NCBI GenBank assembly: GCA_027923505.1
Contig: BROI01000035.1
Location: forward strand, 62,001-126,000
DNA length: 64,000 nt
Direction of reading: 5' to 3'
DNA from: Mayamaea pseudoterrestris
Lineage: Eukaryota
Positions 11,404 through 22,689 of this stretch are shown here, piece after piece. The first letter of the stretch is position 1. Every line of letters starts with the position of its first letter. Under the pieces are notes generated by a model. That model searched no databases and was not told the DNA's origin. It saw only the letters and a list, made by a program, of their open reading frames with translations. Position numbers and translations under genes: made by a program.

Positions 11404-14400
11404 ATGACAGACTGGAGCGACAGGCAAAGCATTTCATCTGTTAACAAAATGTCAAGCTCTAATCCAGGACCATTGAATTCATCGTCACGGCCATCAATTC
11501 GTCTGACTCTATCATCCTCCGCATCCGCGACTGCTGCATCTTCCTCGGTTGGTGGCACCTTGGCCGGAACCAACGCTGCTTCGTCTTCGACATCAGCTCC
11601 TCACCAAGCTGCACCAGAACCAAAGCGACGAAAGTATACACCCGTTAATTTATCTGCGGATTATGCCAGCGTTTCGCAGCTGACCGTATTGCACCAGCAA
11701 ACTACGTTGCACTTTGTTTTGGATCAACCCATCGCCAAAGAACCAACATGGCATGCGCAGGGTAAAACCACTCTCTATGTCATTCGCAATGAAAGTGAAG
11801 CTCATGAGATTAGTGACGACGCTGCGAGTAGCAGCACGACCATGGCACTGGCGCTCCACTTACGGTCGACCTGTCAAGTCAGGAGCGTTCAAGTAGGTTG
11901 CTTGCAGCAGCAGCAGCAGCAACAAGGCCAAGAAAGCAACACCTTTACTGGAATCAGCAATCTGCGAACGTCGTATCATCATGCAGATCCACTTAAATAT
12001 GTGCTGCTGAAGCCGGCTGCCTCCTACTCTGTTGCTGAAGATGCAAATGCTAGCAATGCAGATGACACGAGCAAGCATCGCTTCCATGCTGATTCGCAAT
12101 CATCACGAGGCGCCGTCGGTATGACGACGGCATTACGAGCTGCCAGCATCGCATCAAACATGGGAGAGTTGCGCATTTCATGTGAGCAGCCGTCAGAAAG
12201 TAGTTTCAAGGACGACCAAGCTGCTCACGTTTGGAAGCAGGTTATAGTGGACGATCACAAAACCTCTGGCGTCATTACACAAGCAATGCAGCAGCAACTG
12301 CGTAGACGATCGACAGACAGGCGCAGCGCTCGACTCGAACTTATATCAGAGCGATTGGCCCATGCTGGGTTACGCGCATTGAGAATTACAGTATCGTATA
12401 CCATTCCATTGGACAACCCGTCCGGTGTTCATCATTTGGGTGGTTTGCACGTTTTATCCGTCTATCCCAATCCACACGTTTACACAACGACGGGAACGCA
12501 CGGAGATCACGAAGGGCCTCGCTGCTGGATGCCATGCGCCGACTCGGCAGCAGTCAATCATCGATATTCGCATGAAATAACGGTGCAAGTGACGGCACCC
12601 ATGGACAATGGCTTGTCAGTTGTGGGTGCCGGGGAAGACTTTGGCTGTGCAAAAGCAATGTTGTTGCACAAGGTTGACTGGGATCGACAGCGTGCAACTG
12701 AGCAATTGGGAGGCGATCATGTTGACATGCTGGAGAGATTGTGGAGAGACTCAAACAATCAGCATGCGACGTTCAGCGATCGCAATTCTAACGTGCATGT
12801 AATTCCTTCTGAGTTTTCCGTTGAGTCGTTGGCGCTGATTCAAGCCACAGTTCTTTGGACTTCTGCGAGTTGGTCGCCTGCTCCGGCTCGGTCCATCGGC
12901 TTTGCTATTGGACCTTTCAAGATTTTGGAAGATCCAGAATACTTTTCTTTTGAGTCATTTACTGACAGTGTGGAAGCTGACGGTGATGACGATAATGATG
13001 ATAGGAGTGAAAGTTTAACGCAGGAGCAGAAGCATCAGGTGTTCGTAGACGCTGCACGGGACGGCGGTGAAGGGTTTCGACAAGTCTACTTTGCGCCCTT
13101 GCACGAGCGAAAACTTGTTCATTATTACACGGATCGCACGTTGTTGCCCAAGACGAGAATTATATTGGCGTCCTTGACGAAGGATCAAACCGATATAACC
13201 GAAAGGTTTGACGCCACCGTTACTGGTTCTACCACGGGTGTTCCGCATCGAGCTTTAGCTTTAATGCGCGACGTGCTTGCGGTTCCTTCATTCCGCACCA
13301 TTGCGTACACGCAGATCTGGATTCCAGATGCTGTTCATGGCGGTGTTACTAGTGGTGCTCTCCATTTGTGTCCCGAAGTCATGATGAATCCATTTCTCGG
13401 TGGCGCCATCTTGGATGCGCGGCTTATACCTCCGGTAAACGCGCGGCTGCCGTTTCACGGGGGCGGCCGCGTTTTACAATTTATGCAAGCTCGATCGGCT
13501 ATCAGAGGCTGGTTAATTGCGGCTCTGCCGCTTGGAGGACACGACGATGTTGGGAACGGGTACATTCTTTCTACGATTGAGTCATTGCTTATGAGTTTAT
13601 ACGAGCGAGGACATGGAGCATACGGTGAAGGTACGTCAATCTCAACGTAATGGTTCTTGCTCCCACTCTATTGCGTCTGCCAAAAGCGCGGCGATAGTAA
13701 CTCAAAAACGGGTCCCGGTAAAAACTGATCACTCACCTCCCCATTTTGTGCATTAGGCGGTGCTCGGGGAGGTAACTTTTACTGCAAACGCTATGCAAGT
13801 AGCAGCGGCCTAAACAGTCCCAATCTCGATTTTCTACCTGTTCAGAATATCGAAGACATTGATCCGGTCATTAGTGGCGTTGGCGCTGTTCCTGTCGGTA
13901 AGAACGCACTAGCATTGTGGTTGTTTATAAACTATGCCTAATTTCGTTTTTTTAACAGACGAGCGACACAATGACCAACTATGGCGCTCGTACACGAACG
14001 GCACTGAATCACACACGGGAGCTTTAGACGAGTTCAATCTTCGTCATCTTTTAGTTAAGGATGCCGTCGAAGCTTTGGAGCGGGGAACCGATAAGGATGG
14101 TAGCGTTCCTCTTCCCTCTATGGGCTGGTTTGGTTCTCACCTATCCCTCTCGTATCTCTCAAGTAACGCAACATCTAGTACCAATCTTGGCTGTGGCGCT
14201 GTGGAGATGCAGCATCCGATCGGTGGACTCGTGTACAGAACTTTGAAGGCAGACGTGCTAAGGGGAGTCGTTGAAGGTCGGGCAGGCGTTTCTAACTTTA
14301 TTCGACTTGTACGAGTCGCCTTTATAGCCGCCCAGCTTGAGGATGTCGGCGAAACGGAGCTTCATTTATCACTTCATCGCGATAAAAAATCTGACAAGGA

Positions 14401-17400
14401 TAGTAGCACCGAAGGCTCGCAACTAGTGGATAGAGTGCAAGGTACAAAGGCCCCTGCCTTCGTTGTGTGTATAAATGAAGTGCTGAAGAAGAAAGGTTTG
14501 TCGCACAATCTTTTTGCACGTGCACTTGAAAGTTTGTCGGGGCGTCATTTACTGGGAAGTTTGGTGGATATCGAAAGGCACGCTGAAGACCCAAGGACGA
14601 GAGGCCCCTTTGTTGATCCTGAAGGCTTCCCAAATTCGTATGTTCGAGGGTCGTCGCAACTGTATTGTCGTGTCGGGGTTTACGTGGAGATGAAGGACAG
14701 CGGATTACAAGCACAAGCTGGCTCTCTAATCGGAAAGGGCATTCAGATGCAATCGTATGCCGAACCAATTATTCCTGAAGGCGGAATCGCTTATGGAGGT
14801 CCGGTTACCATGCGAGTTGTTGAAAATGAGGGACAGTTTCGAGAATATTTACGAGACTTGGATGCCAAGGGAAGTCGTCGAGACTGGGGTGCTGTAACGC
14901 TCCATGCCAAACCTGTTACGTCAGTAAAGGCGCAGACAGCGGCGAACGGAACAATAGAGGCTGGGACACAGAAAGATGCAGGGCACTCTGAAGCATTGGC
15001 GCCTGTTCCATCAATTGATACCAGTGTCCCGACGAAGGGCTTTAACGACGACAATTTCCACGTAGGCGGCTACCAAGCAATTGAATTAATTCGTTTCACG
15101 AATATTACTCCTCTCTTGTGGGTCAGGGTCGACCCAGGCGGTGTATACGGTGGAAGGATTTCAGTTTCTCAACCAGATGCATGTTTAGCAGAGTGCTTGT
15201 ATCACGATGGCGATGCAGCAGCTCAGGTTGATGCCATGCGGGCTTTAGCAGAGCGTCCACTTCATCTACAATCATTATCCAAAGTCACTTCTGTTTTTGA
15301 TGTGAATGTGTCGGAGCTTCCTGTCCGAGTAATCGGAGACTGTCTGCGCGGGTCAGCTGCAGCGCATAGCTCACTTCCGCACACCCCAGCCGTTCGCTCG
15401 CAAGCAGCCCTCGCAATTGCACAATGGCAAAACAATAAGGCACCTAAATCTAAAGATGATGTCGGCGCCGACAATTGGGTGGGATTGAGTTTATTGTTCC
15501 AATATTTTCGAGAGCGGTTTTATGGCAACGGCATCATCATGCCACCTAAGTTCTCACGTTTAAGCGTAAAGAAGACGCCAACGGAAGCACAAGTGGCTGC
15601 AAACGCCGGTGATGGAGGGACAGCCATTTCGAAGAACGATGATGGATACCAGTACTTGGATTTGTTGCTTCACGAGGACAGAGCGTCAGTTTTAGACGAC
15701 TCTGAAGATATCGATGTCGAAGAAGACGAGGAATATCGGGTGCGCACTCAAGTCATCGCGGCGATTGCGTCTGTTCGTGCCGGCGACGGTCAGACACCAC
15801 CTTCGGCTATTCGTTTTGTCGAAAATATACTAGAATCCGACAATGGCGAGTTTACCGGTCACTTAATATACCCGGAAGAGGAGTTTCTTGACGCTCAACT
15901 GAAGATCAAAGAAGAATTGAGCAGCAGCCGTGTCAGTTCTCTCGATTTGCGGCGAAGTCCTGCTATACCTTTCGTTTCAAGCATGCTCACAGCCGACCAT
16001 CTATTATCACTATGTCACATTAATTCCTTCCCAAATAGAATTATGGATCCAACGACCGGAATACCAATGGTAGCAACCGGTTCTCACCCAGTATCAAACT
16101 TGATGAAAATCTCGCGAAGTTGGCTTGATTGGGAGCTATATCGCGAGAAGATGCGCGATGACATTGAAAGTACCACCGCCACTGGTATTTCTGGCAACTG
16201 CCAGAGCGTAGTGGCGCCGAGTGCAATTCTTGCTTTATCGAGTCTTGCTCTTCTGCGGCTTAGCACATCGGAATCATCTGAAGCCACTGACTGGGACATG
16301 CCTTCGAGAGAAGCTGCCACTGTCGCTTTCTACATTCACACATATGACCGCGCGAGTATAACGCAAGATGTGACCCGAGCAGCATGTGCTCAGGCGGCAG
16401 CTTCTCTATTTTGCGCCGCTGACAGATTAAAAACCGAATTATCAAGCGCCGTTGGTTTACTTTCCGCACTTGAATTTTTGCTCGAAAAAATACAAGGTGT
16501 GTCATTGCGTAATCACAGTTCAAATGCCGTGCTCTGCGCTAAACCTCTATTTGCTCGCTTAATGTTGCAGATGATCGCACTTCACCAGGTCTGCGAGAGA
16601 CGCTAGCGCTTATCATGATGGATGTATCCACTGGCAAAGTATCGTCAATGCAGCGCGTTGGCGTGGTTGGTGGACGAAACGACTTGGTTGCTTCGACAGC
16701 TCGTTTGATGACTGGCCCGTTAGGGGCAAGCCATGGAGGTGATAGAGGCAGCAGTATGCTGACGAGCGTTTCGCCGGCCATGTTTCCAGCAGCAAGCGCC
16801 GTCAACGATGGAGCGCGGCGCGGTTTTCGACTCCTCACTCGGGCTGGGCATCCTCGCGAGATGGTGACCCAAGATGTGGTCGTTCGAGTTGCTGAATTCG
16901 CCACTCGACTTTGGAGAACAATTAATGGCGAGCCGACTACATTGCTTGGAAGTAAGCCGCATGCGATGTCGGTCGGAGTATGTTCCTATAGTGGGGCACT
17001 TCGATGCTCATTACTCGCATTGTGGCAATGGTTATGGCCTAAGGGCTGTTTTGCCCTTCTCTCAGTGCAAGCGTGGGGTAGCCAGCTACGCGACGTCATG
17101 CAAACTACCGAAGAGGAGAAAGTTGAAGGCGCAAAGGAGGAAGTAGCGCTGGACGACATTAACCAGCTCGTTACAATAATGCTTGATCGCCAAGCATGGC
17201 GTGGCGAGATGGCTAAAAAGGCATATGATATGTACGCAGCTACAAAAGGATCGTCTGTAAAGGCTGAGCAGGGCATTGGGCAACCGCTACCGCCAATCAG
17301 AAAAGACGAAGCTTTTAAGCAGGGTGGCTGGATAGCGTCCGCCGCGCAACAGCGTCGCAAGCTTGCGCTCGACGGCGGCAGAGCTGTAACAACCCTTCGC

Positions 17401-17430
17401 CTGACGAAGAAGAACACGAATGACGCATAA
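11404..17430 (+). CDS. TAF2: TFIID subunit 2 (TAF2)-like, 4 exons (introns 13631-13756, 13898-13958, 16497-16570)
   Basis: Frame-preserving GT-AG introns link the ORFs; PHVYT...PRCWMPCADS, IGFAIGPF, PLLWVRVDP, QPD...LYHDGDAAAQVDAMRAL motifs of the aminopeptidase-like TAF2 fold. Confidence 0.75.
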
Positions 17431-18562
17431 TTATAAGGATTACACTCTATTTGATTGTAATCGTAAGGCGAGGTCGTTTGTGGAAAATTACATGTATTGA
17501 TCAGTATCGCAAGTATCCAAAAGTGAGCCCACACTTAATCCTGGTCGCCCTACAAGAATGCGACACAATACACGCCACACGTTCCACAGCAATAGGATAT
17601 GTACATGTCAATTGAGCGAATCTTCAAAGATCGCATTCCCTTGCCCATCTGAATGGAGTGGATAAGGCGACATTTTGAACCATTGTATTAAACGTGTGGC
17701 CGTGTACGGAATCGGTAAAAACCGATAATTTACTGCGCAATATCATTGGATCCATAATGAACTTTATTGAAATGGTTTGAGACAATCAGCACCATGATAC
17801 GTGGGTGGGTATAATGAATTAATGTTGTCATGCGCGAGCTTTTGTTTTGAGTGCAGTTACTTTGGAAGCAAGACAATGGCTCATAGAGCTTCATATCAGC
17901 ATTGCGGGGTGATAGCAGCAACGCTAAGCTTTTGATCACTTTAGCCGCAAAATCGACGATGCAGTGCCTGCATAGAGCGCGAATTTGTTGTCGACCATTG
18001 TCTGATTGTATATTGACAGTGTCCAATCAATGTAAGTTCTCAACGGCTCAGACTAGGCTTGTCCCACGAAAAGAAGGCACAATGATGCAAAGGCTTGGGA
18101 CTGAATCCCTTATTTAGGACCATTCGATGTTTGTGTTCTGAGTACTCCTAGGTGGCTTGTTGGCGACTGGCGACACTGGAGAGGTCGAGGCAACGCCCGA
18201 AACCAACGATGGTTGATGCGGTTGCTGTTGTTGCTCAACATCGTCATTCACCGGCCATGAATGCTTTCCTTCTTCCATTACTGTTATCGATCCATGATAA
18301 AAGATGAAGACGAAATATTACGCCGTTCGTCGCACGATAATCAGATTCGGCAGATGGTTCGTGGTTCGACAATTTAGCCGCTGCATCAACATCGTTATAT
18401 TTTGCTTCAAATTCTTTTCGTATATTCAAACCTGACACTAAAGACAGTAGGAGACTCGTTAGCTTTCTTTTACACGACCACAGCATGAAGGACGCAAGAT
18501 CAGTGCAGTGAGCTTGAGAGCTGTCCACCAGCATCGCCGGTACAATAATGTCAGTTCTTTTT

Positions 18563-18762
18563 ACTATTGCCTGATGACGCAGTTTTCACTGGCACTCGTT
18601 TCGCACTATTGCCTTGTGACTGACACTCGTTTCGTACTATTGCCTTGTGACGCAGTTTTCACTGGCACTCGTTTCGCAGTATTGCCTTGTGACGTTCTTT
18701 TCACTGACACTCGTTTTATACTATTGCCTTATGACGCAGTTTTCACTGGCACTAGTTTTGTG
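18563..18762 (-). repeat. 42-bp tandem repeat array, about 5 units (one with an 11-bp deletion)
   Basis: ATTGCC anchors at 18566, 18608, 18639, 18681, 18723; reverse complement of the unit at 43341 and 54565. Confidence 0.92.
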
Positions 18763-18853
18763 CAACTGACAATGGGTCCAGATCTGATCAGGACTTCCAT
18801 ACTTGTACGCCGCTGATCCATGGAAGTGAGCAGTGAACGTCCATTGTCTCATC

Positions 18854-19912
18854 ATGGTAAAGAGAGAGGTTGTTCACGGCTTCAAAGCCCTTGCTGCACA
18901 TTTGCAGCGTTTATTGAGTCGATACCAACAGTCGCCAATACTTTTGCTCGAGAGCCATCCACTGCACGACAGTTCTGGTAAACGGATTCAAGGAAGCAAA
19001 CAAGTTTCTGATGCATGTCGTCGAGTACATTTCTTACTGAGTCAGCAACTCAATCTACGTACAGTTTCAATGCATACTAGTTCCGACTACGAGTATGCCT
19101 TTCAAACGACACCAAGCTTACCCGATGCGGTGCGGCAAATGGCACAACGAACAGGTGCAGATACAATTGTAGCAGTCGGCTCAGGTCAAGCCATCGACTT
19201 GGCAAAAGCAGTAAGCAACCAGTTTTACTCGACAATATTGGTACCAGCAACGTATGGGGCTACCATGGTGGCTGGCACTTCGCATGCACTCTTGCTCGAC
19301 AAGGAGGAGGAAGCAATCATGCCGGTCGAATCAATTAGCTCTCTTGACAAAGAACTTGTCATTGTCACGCCGGATACCTCCTCTATCGAGACAGACATGC
19401 AAGAGACGGCCATACTAGCTGCAATTTCCATTCTTTTGGATGCCATGCTGCAGGCCAAACAAGGACAAGACCTTACGACATTGAACAATCTCTTGACGAC
19501 ACTTGCTGCCAAACTTCACCACAATAGTGCAACTAAAACCAGTCAAGAACAAATTTGCGATGCTCTTCACAAAACAGGATCATACGTTTCCTATGGTCTT
19601 GAGTCTCAGGACCGATCCATTCCAGTGGCGCTAGTGGCTTCCTTGTCGCCTTCCGTCTTTTCGGAAATACATCCTTTGGCTTTGATGGCCAGCTCTGTCC
19701 CGTCGCTGCATCGCATGCTTACAAAGCTCGATACTGCGCATGCAAATTTACTTGACGTGTCCATGCTGCAGCTTGCACCAAAGGTTGTGACTACCGAGCC
19801 AGTTGAACGTTTGCTATCCCTCGTTCATGACAACCAAGCAGCCTGGCAATGCTTTGACGTACGCGACAAGGTATATCGCGAAGCGCTAAGAGACCATTTA
19901 CTAGTTCAGTAA
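18854..19912 (+). CDS. Iron-containing alcohol dehydrogenase-like protein, divergent
   Basis: DTIVAVGSGQAIDLAKAV and ILVPATYG resemble Fe-ADH GGGSxxDxAK / xPTT motifs; first ATG 18854, start uncertain. Confidence 0.65.
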   Translation: MVKREVVHGFKALAAHLQRLLSRYQQSPILLLESHPLHDSSGKRIQGSKQVSDACRRVHFLLSQQLNLRTVSMHTSSDYEYAFQTTPSLPDAVRQMAQRTGADTIVAVGSGQAIDLAKAVSNQFYSTILVPATYGATMVAGTSHALLLDKEEEAIMPVESISSLDKELVIVTPDTSSIETDMQETAILAAISILLDAMLQAKQGQDLTTLNNLLTTLAAKLHHNSATKTSQEQICDALHKTGSYVSYGLESQDRSIPVALVASLSPSVFSEIHPLALMASSVPSLHRMLTKLDTAHANLLDVSMLQLAPKVVTTEPVERLLSLVHDNQAAWQCFDVRDKVYREALRDHLLVQ

Positions 19913-19953
19913 AAGACTAATGGATCACACTCTTATTGATGCTCCTTCTATTT

Positions 19954-22002
19954 CTATTTGTTGGTGCGACGAAGCCATGCGTAGGCACCAAACCGAAAGA
20001 CCAACTGCAACACAACGAGAATTCCAATGTTGAACCAAAAATTAGTGGCGATCCCCGTAATGCCGAGCCCGGTAATGACCTCTTCTCCAGGAAGCGGGCA
20101 GCTCGACGTATCTCCCACTGAAATGGCGGCTGATCCCTCTGGTCCGCAAGGAATGTCTCGATCGTGATATTCGTTGATAATCATGGCGCTGTAACCGTAG
20201 CGCGCCAGAGATAACCAACTGATCCATTCGATAAAGTTGCGCATGTTTTGAAAGGGAATGTAGAAGCCTCCCATGATCATAAAAAACAAAGTAATGGGTG
20301 GAGCCAAGACGAGCGATAACTGCGGGTTCGGAATGACAATGCCCAGAAACAAACCCATGGATTGCGCTGTTGACAAAGTCAAGTAAAAGGCCAACCCAAA
20401 CTTAAAGTATGCCGTCGCTTCTGGTCGATAACCGCACGCCCAATAAACTACCATGCCGTACAAGAATGGCAGTAAAACATTGTTGGTCATGTCGGACGCC
20501 GTTTTGGCTAGAAAGAATGGACTCACTCCGTACATCTTCTTAGCGCGCTCTCGCGTCAGCAAGTTTCGCTCTCTCTGAAAAACCGTTACGGCAGCAATGA
20601 CAATGCCGTTTGCTTGAGCAATCAACATAAAGAAGAAAAGCGAATTGCGCGCAAATACATAGGATGTATTGTTTGGAAGTCTCCACCAGAATAAGGCAGT
20701 GAAGAATAAGTAGGCGAGCTGGAGGAGAGCGGCAGTAAATGTAAGACGCTCTCCGCGCTGTTGCTTCAGTGTCCGCTGCATAAGCAACTTCAGCTGCATC
20801 CCATATCCAACAAAGTAACGAGGAGACGCATGTAGCTCGTAAAGGCTACTCATGCGCTTCCGGGTCGAGCTGCTGTCATCATCGACACTCTCAATCGACT
20901 GCTGGCAACCTTCCCTCCCCTGACACTCCTCCCAACGTTCCCTCAAAATACTTCCACCCGTTCGCCGTTCATCCTCCGTTATCACGTCCATAATCCAGTC
21001 AGCAATGCCCGTTTCAGGCGGCAAATCTCCAACAGCTGAAAACTGCTCCAAATATTCTCGCGCTTTTTTGGGTGGACCATCGTAAATGACCGATCCCTTG
21101 CTCAGCAGCAACAAGTGATCAAAAAGGTTAAAGATTTGCGTCCGTGGTTGATGGATGACCACCACAACGGAGTGTCCCTTGTCGGCGAGTTCTTTCAGCG
21201 TCACGACCAGCTCTCGGGCCGTCGAAGAGTCCAATCCTGACGTCGGCTCGTCCAGCAACAAAAGAGAGGGTTTCACGACGAGTTCCGACGCCACTGACAC
21301 GCGCTTGCGCTCACCCCCACTAATGCCGCGAATTGGTCCAAGCGGGCTCCCAACGAGACTGTTGCGAACGTGCGTCAGGCCAAGCTCCTGCATGGTTTCC
21401 TCAACAATTTTGTGAACATCATCATCGCTAATGTTTTCGGGCGTCTTGAGTCGAGCGGCGAAAAAAATGTTTTCCTCAACTGTCAAGTTACTTAGCAGCA
21501 AATCGTCCTGCCAAACGACTCCCACGAGTCGCTTCGGAATGCGACCGGACTCACCATTCACCAAAATCTTGCTGCCTTCCAACAAGCTATGTTCAGACTG
21601 AGGCATCAAATCGGCCGCGACGCTGCAAAGCGAAGATTTTCCTGACCCTGACGGGCCCATCCAAGCAGTAAGCTTATAAGGTTCGACTTTTGTTGTCAAG
21701 TTCCGGAGGACAACCGTTCGCGTCGGTTTGGAATTGTCGCGCTGGTTCTTTCGACACCCCTTCCTGGTTGAAAGAGTCTTTGCCGGAGGCGCGTACGTGA
21801 CATTCTCGAGTGTTAATTCTATCAATGGAACTGATGGATGGCCGGACTCTGAAACAGGTTCCTTCATAATGGTGCCGTTTCTTGTCGCTGCAATTGCTAC
21901 CTGGCTTGAGCTTCTTAGATCGGTGCCTGTTTTCTCTCTCTCTGAATCAGTTAACGAGTAAGCGTCGTCTCCGTTTGATTCTCTAACCTTTGAAGTGAGC
22001 AT
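19954..22002 (-). CDS. ABCG (White-type) half transporter
   Basis: Walker A GPSGSGKS, signature ISGGERKRV, LLLDEPTSGLD, IHQP, C-terminal membrane domain; first ATG 22002. Confidence 0.95.
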   Translation of the reverse strand: MLTSKVRESNGDDAYSLTDSEREKTGTDLRSSSQVAIAATRNGTIMKEPVSESGHPSVPLIELTLENVTYAPPAKTLSTRKGCRKNQRDNSKPTRTVVLRNLTTKVEPYKLTAWMGPSGSGKSSLCSVAADLMPQSEHSLLEGSKILVNGESGRIPKRLVGVVWQDDLLLSNLTVEENIFFAARLKTPENISDDDVHKIVEETMQELGLTHVRNSLVGSPLGPIRGISGGERKRVSVASELVVKPSLLLLDEPTSGLDSSTARELVVTLKELADKGHSVVVVIHQPRTQIFNLFDHLLLLSKGSVIYDGPPKKAREYLEQFSAVGDLPPETGIADWIMDVITEDERRTGGSILRERWEECQGREGCQQSIESVDDDSSSTRKRMSSLYELHASPRYFVGYGMQLKLLMQRTLKQQRGERLTFTAALLQLAYLFFTALFWWRLPNNTSYVFARNSLFFFMLIAQANGIVIAAVTVFQRERNLLTRERAKKMYGVSPFFLAKTASDMTNNVLLPFLYGMVVYWACGYRPEATAYFKFGLAFYLTLSTAQSMGLFLGIVIPNPQLSLVLAPPITLFFMIMGGFYIPFQNMRNFIEWISWLSLARYGYSAMIINEYHDRDIPCGPEGSAAISVGDTSSCPLPGEEVITGLGITGIATNFWFNIGILVVLQLVFRFGAYAWLRRTNK

Positions 22003-22689
22003 GATGTTGCTTTGAGGAGGATGCACAAATCTTGTTCGACGGTTCCTTCGTCATCGTTCGAAACTGATCATGATGAGGACCTCGCCACGATGAGTCATCA
22101 TGACGAAGTACGTCATCATTGACATACATGTTAGTTCGTTTCAGTCGTACTAAATATGCAGGTTCAAGCAAGGGATTTATCTCCCTTAATTTCAAGGCCC
22201 ATCAAGCATATTATACTCCTACTGTAGCACGCTGGGCTGCCTGGACAATGACTCCACCATTAAATGATATCTCCTTGGAGAGCTAAGCCAATACAGCCAT
22301 CTTCATGGTGGCTGCTTCCTTCTCAATGCCTCTGGACTTGTCACACCTACTTTTACTGGTATGAGCTTTTTGCAATTAAGGACATAATCAGGCAAATGCA
22401 ATAACTAAGTTTATGTAATCTACCAGTAAAAGTACTTGTAGTTATGCACCGACAAACCTCCTACCGGTAGCAGTCATTTTATGCATGCAGTCACTCCGGT
22501 AATAGATTGCGTTTTAAGGATAAAGGTTCAGAGCAGCACTGTTGAAACCGACGGCGGACGTGATGAGAAACGACCATGGCCGACGCGCGAATATGTGCCG
22601 CTGTTCTAGGTAATCAGCAGTTCGTATGATATTGAACCTTTCAAGAAGGCCATAGACGTGCCCAAAGGTTTTTTTTGGAAAAGTCAATC

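Noticed and set aside
18508..18816. ORFs through the 42-bp arrays (also 54426-54650, 54669-54884)
   Set aside because: Openness follows from the 14-codon unit length; indels break the frame and strand use differs between arrays
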